From the sequence record SRR20825006_2362: a stretch of 37,584 nt of DNA. One strand, written 5' to 3'. Under the pieces are notes generated by a model. The model did not search any database and was not told where the DNA came from. It worked only from the letters and a program-made list of their open reading frames with translations. This document shows positions 9,091 through 16,422 of this stretch, piece by piece. The translations under genes were made by a program, and so were the position numbers. Every line of letters starts with the position of its first letter. Position 1 is the stretch's first letter.

Positions 9091-9804
9091 CTAAGCGTCC
9101 ACCTGATCCTTTTCCACCGTCTCCATTCGGTATCCTATACCGGATTCAGTGATAATATAGTCCGGGCTTGCCGGGTTAGGCTCCACCTTCTCCCGCACCT
9201 GGCTGACATACACCCGAAGATATTGCATATCGTCACCGTGGGCCGGGCCCCAAACCTCATGCAGTATCTGCCTGTGGGTGAGCATTTTGCCCCGGTGCAC
9301 AAGAAAATAGCGCAAAAGGTCATATTCCTTGGGTGTGAAATCCACACGCGCACCATCCACCTTCACTTCGTGGCGCACCAGATCCATGCTGATACGGCCG
9401 TTTTCAAGGGTAGGCTCCCCCGCCTCCTGCGTCGCAGCTTTACGGAGGTTTGCGGTAATCCGGGCCAGCAACACATCCGGGTTAAACGGCTTGGTAACAT
9501 AATCATCCGCGCCCAGCGTAAACGCCTCAATCATCTCTTTGTCTGCGTCTCGTACGGAACAAACGATGATCGGCACCTGCGACCATTCCCGCACCTGTGC
9601 AATCACTTCCTTGCCGTCCATATCAGGCAAACCCAGGTCCAGAAGGATCAGATCGGGCTTCAGGGATGCCGTCAGACGGATCGCCTCTGCGCCCTTCTCA
9701 GCTGCTTCCGCCTTAAGGCCGTTGGCTTCCAGCGATATTTTCAGCAACTTACGGATCTGTGGTTCATCATCCACAACCAGAATGGTGCTTTTCTTCTGTT
9801 TCAT
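9091..9804 (-). CDS. KdpE-like OmpR-family response regulator
   Basis: REC (VVDDEPQIR, LLDLGLPDMDG, ADDYVTKPF) plus winged helix (TPKEYDLL, LTHRQILHEVWG, YLRVYVSQVREKVE, ITESGIGYR), characteristic of KdpE. Confidence 0.9.
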   Translation of the reverse strand: MKQKKSTILVVDDEPQIRKLLKISLEANGLKAEAAEKGAEAIRLTASLKPDLILLDLGLPDMDGKEVIAQVREWSQVPIIVCSVRDADKEMIEAFTLGADDYVTKPFNPDVLLARITANLRKAATQEAGEPTLENGRISMDLVRHEVKVDGARVDFTPKEYDLLRYFLVHRGKMLTHRQILHEVWGPAHGDDMQYLRVYVSQVREKVEPNPASPDYIITESGIGYRMETVEKDQVDA

Positions 9805-9892
9805 GACCGTTTAACCCCTCGTTTTGGCATTTCGCCAATCCCTGACAATATTCACTATGCGGTAAAATACAGCTGGTGGTAAAGCTCAATAC

Positions 9893-10672
9893 TTAGTTGA
9901 AATATGCCAATTCCTCATCCTTTGGTCCAAAATGCCCTGCCTTCGTGCCAGACAAAGCATGACGCGGCGAGCTGGCAGCGATCAGCGCTTTAAAAATGCG
10001 GCGTTGCGGCTTGGAATAAAGCATAAACTCAGGGTGCCACTGCACCCCCATCATGAAGGTGTCGTGAGCACGACTTTCAATACCCTGTATGATGCCAAGC
10101 TCATCTTGTGCCGCCACGCGCAAGCCGCGCCCCAACCGGTTGATCGCCTGGTGGTGCAAGCTGTTAACCCAGAAAGCGCCGTGCCGCCCCAGCACACCTG
10201 CAAGCTTGCTATCTTCTTCAACTTCGGCCTGACGGCGCACAAAAATCTTCCCCAGCGTGCTTTTGGTTGGCAGGAAACCGTCGAATACCGACGGCACATC
10301 CTGATAAAGGCTACCACCGCGCACCACGTTCAAAAGCTGTGCACCCCGGCAAATGCCCAGCACAGGCACGTCTGCCGCAAACGCCATCTCAAGACATTCC
10401 GTCTCAAGCGCGTCGCGCTCAGGTTCAGGGATCGCGCTGGCTATGTTCTTTTCGCCATAAAGGCGCGGGTTCACGTCCACGCCGCCTGTTACCACCAACC
10501 CACTGATTTCGCGGACCATATCGATGTTATGGATGGGGCTGATACGCACCGGGCGACCGCCCGCCAGCCAAACACCGAAGGTTACAGCCGTGTAAGCCAC
10601 GGCATTTGCTTTGCACCCCGTGGTAACACCAATCAACGGCCTGTTTCGTGGCGAATGTGTGCGGTTAGCCAT
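9893..10672 (-). CDS. Gamma-glutamyl hydrolase-type class I glutamine amidotransferase (peptidase C26 / PuuD-like)
   Basis: TGGVDVNP, GICRGAQ nucleophile elbow, VNSLHHQA, GVQWHPE; ATG 10672 overlaps the end of the amidoligase gene. Confidence 0.88.
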   Translation of the reverse strand: MANRTHSPRNRPLIGVTTGCKANAVAYTAVTFGVWLAGGRPVRISPIHNIDMVREISGLVVTGGVDVNPRLYGEKNIASAIPEPERDALETECLEMAFAADVPVLGICRGAQLLNVVRGGSLYQDVPSVFDGFLPTKSTLGKIFVRRQAEVEEDSKLAGVLGRHGAFWVNSLHHQAINRLGRGLRVAAQDELGIIQGIESRAHDTFMMGVQWHPEFMLYSKPQRRIFKALIAASSPRHALSGTKAGHFGPKDEELAYFN

Positions 10673-11735
10673 ATGCCTCTCCCAGATTACCCAGTCGGTC
10701 GCGCAGAACCCGCTGCCACGCCAGACCGCCACCTGCCATTTGTGACAGCCAGTCGGTTGGGCGGTCACGCCAGGCTTTCGTCAGCCGAGCAAGCTTGTCC
10801 TTATCGCGCGCGAGATCCTCGAGCACACACCAGCGGTGCCATTCCTGAGTGAGCGTCCAGTCACTGCGGGACAGCTCACAATTTGGCAGGCGGTAATGAT
10901 AGGTGGGCCGCGCGTTGATTTTCTCTTCTTCGCCATAAAGCGACCGCACGAGATCTTCATCCAGATGAGTAAAAACAGGCAACATATCCAGCGCCCGGTT
11001 CCGGCTTGGGTTATGAGTGTGATAGTCGCGGATCAGCGCCTCAAGGTCTGGCGCATAATCATCCGCGAGGATCAACTCCGCGTATTCATCTGAATAGGGT
11101 TCGATAAACGGCGCTATGCGGCGTGAAAAATCAACGTCGTGCGCTTCCTTGAGCAGCGGGAATAGAAGCGTGAAAGCCTGCATATGAGCAAGCAAGCTGG
11201 ATGCTTTGAGCGACACGGCATCCGGGTTGATATGTACCCCAAAAGCATGATGAAAGGATGATCTGGTGCCCTTGGCATTCTCATGAAACAACGCACGCCG
11301 CAAATCTTCAAGCGCATCAATATCCTTTATAGACACCGGCGGCGCGATGATTTCGAAGGGTGCCACTTTCTCGCTGATCGCGGTGACAATATCATCCGCA
11401 GCATCTAGCGTTTTACGGTACAGGTCGTCTATGCCGCCTTCAAGCGACGCAGCCCTCTCAGCGGTCTCAGACACAAACCTTTTCACGGGCTCGGCGTCAA
11501 TCTCCAGCCGGAAGGCGCCAAAACGCGTGTCTTCGACGCTCCATTCGGCTTTGGAGTGTTGTTTCACACTGCCGCCATAGAGAGATTGAATGATGTCAGC
11601 GGCCCTCTTGAGCGGCACACCAGCATACTCAATCTCAAACCCGACGAGACGCTCGGCGCCCTTGTCTGTTTTATAGCCAACGTCAAGCGCGGCCGCAGGC
11701 GTCTTGTCCCCGGATGTATTGTCTCGCGTTGGCAC
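10665..11735 (-). CDS. Putative amidoligase (COOH-NH2 ligase type 2 / Amidoligase_2 family)
   Basis: VGFEIEY, PFEIIAPP, FGVHINP, NPSRNRALDMLP and RPTYHYRLPN motifs; GTG at 11735 with a GAAAGGA RBS. Confidence 0.82.
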   Translation of the reverse strand: MPTRDNTSGDKTPAAALDVGYKTDKGAERLVGFEIEYAGVPLKRAADIIQSLYGGSVKQHSKAEWSVEDTRFGAFRLEIDAEPVKRFVSETAERAASLEGGIDDLYRKTLDAADDIVTAISEKVAPFEIIAPPVSIKDIDALEDLRRALFHENAKGTRSSFHHAFGVHINPDAVSLKASSLLAHMQAFTLLFPLLKEAHDVDFSRRIAPFIEPYSDEYAELILADDYAPDLEALIRDYHTHNPSRNRALDMLPVFTHLDEDLVRSLYGEEEKINARPTYHYRLPNCELSRSDWTLTQEWHRWCVLEDLARDKDKLARLTKAWRDRPTDWLSQMAGGGLAWQRVLRDRLGNLGEAYG

Positions 11736-11762
11736 GTTATTTCCTTTCAACAACATGCTTTC

Positions 11763-11839
11763 AGCATAGGCAAACACTGCTAAATTTGAGATTGGCGCCT
11801 ATAGGGGCCCTTATAAAAATCTCATAAAAACGCTATAAA
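11763..11839 (-). promoter_or_regulatory. Island promoter 2 (amidoligase operon): three TTTAT repeats, -35 TCTCAA, -10 TATGCT
   Basis: + strand ATAAA at 11813, 11824 and 11835 (11-bp period); -35 at 11786-11791; 17 nt; -10 at 11763-11768. Confidence 0.7.
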
Positions 11840-11888
11840 TTTCAATAACATCCGCAACGCAGGGTTTCACAAAATGCAGCCCAGTCCG

Positions 11889-11953
11889 TTTATGAGATAT
11901 TGATGTGTAGGCCACTTCGCCCAATTTTCCGCTGAGGGCGCACATGGAATACT
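11889..11953 (+). promoter_or_regulatory. Island promoter 3 (TVP38/DedA gene): TTTAT-N6-TTGAT, -35 TTTTCC, -10 AATACT
   Basis: Half-sites at 11889 and 11900; CCAAT at 11921; -35 at 11925-11930; 17 nt; -10 at 11948-11953. Confidence 0.55.
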
Positions 11954-11986
11954 GGTCACCAACACATGCAAACATGCGAGGAGACC

Positions 11987-12697
11987 ATGGAAAATTTCAG
12001 ATTGAAAGCCACGATCACGCTCACTCTTGCTGCCGTGGCCGCCCTCCTGCTGGCCTTCAGTGGGGATTATCTCTCGCTCGACTTTATCCAGCAAAACATT
12101 GAGATGCTTCGTCAGGAGTATACCGGCGCCCCGGTCATGTTTGCGCTTGGTTTTATTGGCTTTTACCTTGTTTTTGTGGCGCTTTACCTGCCTGGCCCGT
12201 TCATCTTGAACCTGCTTGCGGGTGCCATATTCGGGCCCCTTGTCGGCACTGCGCTGGCGTCTCTGTCGGCTGCACTTGGCTCCGTCGCAGCCTTTGCGGT
12301 TTCGCGCTACATTCTATACGACGCCGTACGGGGCCGTTTCCCGAGGCAGGTAATCTCCATGGACAAAACCATTTCAGAGAAGGGAAGCTTCTACGTGTTG
12401 CTGCTGCGGCTCATGCCCGGCCTGCCCGTGGGGCTCACCAACCTTCTTATGGGGGTGACCAGCATATCGGCCATGACCTTCTTTACCGCTACACTGATTG
12501 GTGTTGTGCCGTGGATCGGCTTTTATGTGGTCGCGGGCGGAGAGCTTGCAAGCATCCGCACGCCTGGCGACATTGTCAGCCTTGAGATGTGCCTGATCGC
12601 ACTTGCGCTCATTGTTCTGCTTACCCTTGGCCACTGGCTCAGTAAACGGCTTTCAGACCCCCGCACCCCCATCAGGCGCCCGGGACATTTTGTCTAG
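11987..12697 (+). CDS. TVP38/TMEM64 (DedA/VTT) family membrane protein
   Basis: LPGPFILNLLAGAIFGPLVG, LLRLMPGLP...NLLMG motifs; RBS GAGGAG before ATG 11987. Confidence 0.85.
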   Translation: MENFRLKATITLTLAAVAALLLAFSGDYLSLDFIQQNIEMLRQEYTGAPVMFALGFIGFYLVFVALYLPGPFILNLLAGAIFGPLVGTALASLSAALGSVAAFAVSRYILYDAVRGRFPRQVISMDKTISEKGSFYVLLLRLMPGLPVGLTNLLMGVTSISAMTFFTATLIGVVPWIGFYVVAGGELASIRTPGDIVSLEMCLIALALIVLLTLGHWLSKRLSDPRTPIRRPGHFV

Positions 12698-12828
12698 GCC
12701 TGATAGATAAACCAACAAAACACTTTCATGCACCTGCGCGCTTCGCCATACTCGGCGCCCGGGGCATGGGGTGCCCTTCAGGCTTATATACACCCCACCC
12801 ATTACGACCATAAATTCGGAGAGAGTTA

Positions 12829-13536
12829 ATGCAACAAGGAGACAAACCCTCCTTCCTGATCGGTGCGCGACGCTATATCCTCGTGGGGCTTTTTACGCTT
12901 ATCCCGATCTGGCTTACGCTGCTGCTCCTCAACATCATCTTGCAGTTCATACACGCTATGGCGTCACCCGCGATCAACCTCTTGACCGGTTGGGCTGACC
13001 CGGGCGGTTTGGCTTATGAGATTGTCAAACACCCGTGGTTCCAGACCTCGCTGGCGGTCATTATCATGCTCAGCATGTTATATGCGGCAGGTTGGTTGGC
13101 CTCTCGCTGGCTTGGGCAAAAATTCCTCAAGCTGCTGGATGACATGATCCAGCGTATCCCTGTTGCGCGCACGATCTATAAAACCATCAAGCGCCTCGCG
13201 GACGCCATGCAAACCAGCTCAGGCGATGTGGAGCGCGTGGTACTGATTGAGTTCCCCAATGCGGACATGAAAACCGTTGGGCTTGTCACTCGTACTTTCA
13301 AGGACAGCCGCACAGGCCGTGAACTTGCCGCCGTGTATGTGCCCACAACACCGAACCCGACCTCAGGCTATCTCGAGATCGTACCGGTTGAGAATGTCGT
13401 GCCGACAAACTGGAAGCTTGATGAAGCCATGTCTTTCATCATTTCAGGCGGGGCGGATGTACCTGACGTCTTCAATTACGACAAACCGCCAGCGGATGCC
13501 AAACCGCTGAAAGCTGATGACAAATTGACGGAATAA
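12829..13536 (+). CDS. DUF502-domain membrane protein
   Basis: GLFTLIPIWLT, RIPVARTIY, VVLIEFP and VYVPTTPNPTSGYL motifs. Confidence 0.9.
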   Translation: MQQGDKPSFLIGARRYILVGLFTLIPIWLTLLLLNIILQFIHAMASPAINLLTGWADPGGLAYEIVKHPWFQTSLAVIIMLSMLYAAGWLASRWLGQKFLKLLDDMIQRIPVARTIYKTIKRLADAMQTSSGDVERVVLIEFPNADMKTVGLVTRTFKDSRTGRELAAVYVPTTPNPTSGYLEIVPVENVVPTNWKLDEAMSFIISGGADVPDVFNYDKPPADAKPLKADDKLTE

Positions 13537-13539
13537 TAC

Positions 13540-13565
13540 AAAAAAGGAGCCCGAAGGCTCCTTTT
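13540..13565. terminator. Bidirectional intrinsic terminator between convergent genes
   Basis: AAAAAAGGAGCC-cgaa-GGCTCCTTTT. Confidence 0.85.
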
Positions 13566-13604
13566 CCAACTCTTTCGCAATTCTCGCTCGCTCCGGGGGG
13601 CTAG

Positions 13605-14495
13605 TTAGCCCACAGAGTTCCACCATTTCTCGAGCTTCGCGTCGATCTGGTCAGCGAGTGACGGGTCACGTCGCGAGATCAGGGCCTGCAGTTCGTCCAT
13701 ATCCAGACGGATCTTCTCGATCCCCGGTGCGTTACGACCGGCTGCGTCTACGTCTTTCTCCTGAAGGTCGATGAAGGCAGTTTCTGCTACTTCAAGGGCT
13801 TCGCGCGCACCCTCATATTCAGCAGCCTTCAACATGAAGCGGGTGAGCGACAAGTGATCACGGGCGATAATTTCAGCGCTTTGGCTGCCATCAAACTCAT
13901 GGATCATTGTGGTTTGTGCGTCATGAATTTGCGCCTGTGCGCCACCAAGGTCATCGTCGGTGATCTCTTCCCGTGCCTCATTGAGGTCGTGGATCAGTTT
14001 GGCTTCATCAATTTTCAGCCGCACATATTTCACCTTGGCATCTTCAATGTCACCGCGCTCGATCCCTTTGATCTTCAGCGCGTCTGAAAAATCTTCGACG
14101 TCCAGGTCCTTATCGCCAACGGGGATATAAACCACCTTGGGCATCAACGCGTTACCGAACTTCAGTTCGACCACTTTGGTAACAGGCAGGTCGCGCACGC
14201 CTTCTGTGGTGGCGCCTTTGCTGTTCGCATCTTCAAGTTCGGCGAATGCCTCGTTGATATAGCGCTCAGCTTCTTCTTTCGCACCGCGCTCAAGGCTCAT
14301 GTGTGCGTCAAACAACGTTTCAAAAATCTCGCGTTTGTCATTCTCGAACGCGGCAGCCTTCTTCGCTTCTACTTTCGATACAGTCAGCGGCTCCGTCATG
14401 GCATCCGTTGGTGGCTTGGCAGCAGCTGCATATGCAGGTGCCAGCGCCAGGGAGGCCGAAAGAGCCGTTGCAATCATCAAGCTTGTCGTTTTCAT
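13605..14495 (-). CDS. Secreted acidic helical-repeat protein (possibly YfdX-like)
   Basis: Sec signal peptide (MKTTSLM...APAYA); three L-x2-[AT]-x3-[LI]-x7-A-x3-[IL]-x2-A repeats; RBS GGAGGAG. Family assignment is tentative. Confidence 0.7.
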   Translation of the reverse strand: MKTTSLMIATALSASLALAPAYAAAAKPPTDAMTEPLTVSKVEAKKAAAFENDKREIFETLFDAHMSLERGAKEEAERYINEAFAELEDANSKGATTEGVRDLPVTKVVELKFGNALMPKVVYIPVGDKDLDVEDFSDALKIKGIERGDIEDAKVKYVRLKIDEAKLIHDLNEAREEITDDDLGGAQAQIHDAQTTMIHEFDGSQSAEIIARDHLSLTRFMLKAAEYEGAREALEVAETAFIDLQEKDVDAAGRNAPGIEKIRLDMDELQALISRRDPSLADQIDAKLEKWWNSVG

Positions 14496-14543
14496 ATCAA
14501 GTCTCCTCCATGTTATCGGTGAAGGTATCAGTGACCAAAAGCC

Positions 14544-14675
14544 TTAGTCTTTGGCCGCGTCAGCAACCGCGTCACCAGCGGACTCTACGTCCCGCCCAAC
14601 GCCATGTATCGTGTTACAGGCGCTTACCGTGAAAAGCGCGGCGATCAGAAAAAGTGCAGTTGTGAACTTGGCCAT
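14544..14675 (-). CDS. Entericidin A/B family lipoprotein (43 aa; below the ORF-track cutoff)
   Basis: MAKFTTALFLIAALFTVSACNTIHGVGRDVESAGDAVADAAKD has the CNT-x2-G-x-G-x-D-x3-AG entericidin signature; GGAGG RBS. Confidence 0.9.
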   Translation of the reverse strand: MAKFTTALFLIAALFTVSACNTIHGVGRDVESAGDAVADAAKD

Positions 14676-14705
14676 TTTTGCCTCCAATTTCTTGTTGATG
14701 GTCTG

Positions 14706-14771
14706 ATACTAGTCTGCCCCGCGTCAGGGTTCGATTGGCGGCACCAGGGCGCTTGGTAAAATAGTTATAAA
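14706..14771 (-). promoter_or_regulatory. Island promoter 4 (entericidin operon): TTTAT-N6-TTTAC, -35 TCGAAC, -10 TAGTAT
   Basis: + strand GTAAA at 14756 and ATAAA at 14767; -35 at 14729-14734; 17 nt; -10 at 14706-14711. Confidence 0.65.
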
Positions 14772-14817
14772 GAGACCAGGGCCTGCCGCTTCATTCTTGC
14801 CACAGCCAGATGAGCAC

Positions 14818-14950
14818 AAAAAAAAGCCCAGATAACATCCGGGCTTAGATGGATAGAAGTTAAGGAAGGAAGCGGCCCGAACCTGCTAGTCTGGGGGAGG
14901 TATGACCGTGCCCGGGCCACTTCCTTGGGGGGCACACATAGTAACCGCCC
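14818..14950 (-). ncRNA. Candidate trans-acting sRNA (~130 nt) with an anti-SD loop CCUCCCCC
   Basis: Own island-type promoter upstream; long stem AAGGAAGUGGCCCGGGC/GUUCGGGCCGCUUCCUU enclosing ACCUCCCCCAGACU; ends in terminator AAGCCCGGAU...AUCUGGGCU8; no RBS-led ORF. Confidence 0.6.
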
Positions 14951-14956
14951 AACTCA

Positions 14957-15021
14957 TATGTACGCTTCCGCCTGCAAGTTTTCGATTGGTCAGCACCTTG
15001 CCTTCATAAGGAAGGCATAAA
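14957..15021 (-). promoter_or_regulatory. Island promoter 5 (candidate sRNA): TTTAT-N6-CTTAT, -35 TCGAAA, -10 TACATA
   Basis: + strand ATAAG at 15006 and ATAAA at 15017; -35 at 14980-14985; 17 nt; -10 at 14957-14962. Confidence 0.6.
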
Positions 15022-15048
15022 AACCCGTCGCGCGGCATACGCACTTAT

Positions 15049-15102
15049 AAAAAAGGTGCCCCGGGGAAGCGAGGAAACCCGAGGAAACGGCCCCGAGGCA
15101 CC
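15049..15102 (-). terminator. Terminator of the DUF883 operon with an unusually large loop carrying two UUUCCUCG copies
   Basis: Minus strand GGUGCCUCGGGG-ccguuuccucggguuuccucgcuu-CCCCGGGGCACC-UUUUUU. Confidence 0.7.
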
Positions 15103-15137
15103 GCCGGCATACACGCATACGCGTGTTCCGGTAGGTA

Positions 15138-15590
15138 TTATTGTTCATCTTCAGGCCGAGCATCTGCCGCCCGTTCATTTTTCTGCCTGGCTGTTGCCAG
15201 ACCTTCCGCGAAGCCGTGCGCTACTTCCTGCGCGAGCACCGCCAGAATTGAGGCCATGTCTGTGGGGGCATTTGCCGCTTCTTCCACTGCACGCTCTCGT
15301 GCCTGGGCTTCAAGCTCGCGCGCCGTCATGCGGCGACATAACCACCAGACAAACACCGCGTTAAGCAACAAAACCAAGCCAGAGAGCAGAAGTACAATAT
15401 GCTGGGGCACCCCGGCGCTCGTAAGCCATACATAAAGCGCCGCAACCACGAGCCCCGCGCCCACCGCTATGCTTAAACCGGCCGCAATGGCACCAAGTGC
15501 GCCATATTTGGCGTGGGTGATAGGCCGCTCAAGAGCAGGCCTCGAGTTCAAGGCCTGCTCGGCGATCAGCTTTAAAGCTGTATCCCACAT
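15138..15590 (-). CDS. Membrane protein with two TM helices (YqjE / holin-superfamily-like)
   Basis: Two hydrophobic segments, directly downstream of the DUF883 gene as in yqjDE-type operons. Confidence 0.6.
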   Translation of the reverse strand: MWDTALKLIAEQALNSRPALERPITHAKYGALGAIAAGLSIAVGAGLVVAALYVWLTSAGVPQHIVLLLSGLVLLLNAVFVWWLCRRMTARELEAQARERAVEEAANAPTDMASILAVLAQEVAHGFAEGLATARQKNERAADARPEDEQ

Positions 15591-15599
15591 CGCGGGTGC

Positions 15600-15905
15600 T
15601 TATTTCCGGCTCAGAAGAGCCGCAACAATCGCACCGCCTGCAAAGGCCGCAGCAGTTGAGGCAAACGGACGTTTCTGGATGGTCCTCTCCGCCTTATCGC
15701 GGGCAACCTTCGCCTGGTCCTGCTTATCGCTCAGATACTCGCGTGCTTTCACGCCAGCTTCACGCGCGCGCTCCTTGATTGCATCAATATCGAACTTCTC
15801 ACCGATACCGTTAGGAGCATGACCGTTCGCACTGGCTGCAAGCATCTCTTTGATCTGTGCCAGATCTTTTTTGAGGGTCTTAATTTCCTGCTGAGCAGTA
15901 GCCAT
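15600..15905 (-). CDS. ElaB/YqjD/DUF883-family tail-anchored protein
   Basis: Charged helical N-terminus; C-terminal IQKRPFASTAAAFAGGAIVAALLSRK anchor; RBS AGGAG. Confidence 0.85.
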   Translation of the reverse strand: MATAQQEIKTLKKDLAQIKEMLAASANGHAPNGIGEKFDIDAIKERAREAGVKAREYLSDKQDQAKVARDKAERTIQKRPFASTAAAFAGGAIVAALLSRK

Positions 15906-15975
15906 TGTCGTCTCCTATGTGTTTCAAATTATGCGCGGTGAACCAAGTTAGTGGCTCCGTCGCGCTGACACCCTA

Positions 15976-16040
15976 AGAGTGGCGATAATCGACTTAGGGA
16001 ACAATGTGGCCCTAAGGAGAGTTTATAAAAATGCAATAAA
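15976..16040 (-). promoter_or_regulatory. Island promoter 6 (DUF883 operon): TTTAT-N6-TTTAT, -35 TTGTTC, -10 CACTCT
   Basis: + strand ATAAA at 16025 and 16036; -35 at 15999-16004; 17 nt; -10 at 15976-15981. Confidence 0.65.
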
Positions 16041-16044
16041 GACC

Positions 16045-16422
16045 CTAGTGCAGGATATGCTCGATCGTCTCGATCAGGTCATCCATGATGAAGGGTTTGG
16101 TGAGGTAAGCGCTTGCGCCCTTATTGTAGGCTGCCTCGCGCGTTTCCCTGTCACTGCGCACGGTCAACACCACAACCTTGGGGTCTGTGCCGTCCGCATT
16201 GGAGACAATTTCAGGCAGGATATCAAGCCCGTCCCGGTCAGGAAGTCCAAGATCAAGGATCACAACTTCAGGGCTTTCGGTCTCGCATAGCGTCATGCCT
16301 TCCGCCGCTGTCGCTGCTTCAAGGAAGTCAACACCATGATCCATCATCGATATCTTGAGGAAGGTACGGATCGACGCCGTGTCGTCTATCACCAGTACTT
16401 TCGTATTCTCCAATACTGTCAT
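16045..16422 (-). CDS. Single-domain response regulator (KdpE-like receiver, no output domain)
   Basis: VLVIDD, ILDLGLPDRDG, VLT, YLTKPF; translationally coupled to the kinase (ATGA overlap). Confidence 0.9.
   Translation of the reverse strand: MTVLENTKVLVIDDTASIRTFLKISMMDHGVDFLEAATAAEGMTLCETESPEVVILDLGLPDRDGLDILPEIVSNADGTDPKVVVLTVRSDRETREAAYNKGASAYLTKPFIMDDLIETIEHILH

Noticed and set aside
9865-9890. GTAAA repeats upstream of the KdpE-like gene as an autoregulatory site
   Set aside because: The period is 17 bp and does not fit the 11-bp island motif.
9932-10852. 306-aa plus-strand ORF (also 9223-9882, 4984-5625, 16807-17427, 30224-31069, 34787-35428)
   Set aside because: Antisense to well-supported genes with no protein-like motifs; expected in GC-rich coding DNA.
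14902-15009. 35-codon plus-strand ORF after GGGGGAGGT
   Set aside because: The SD abuts the ATG, too close to function; it is better explained as the complement of the sRNA anti-SD loop.
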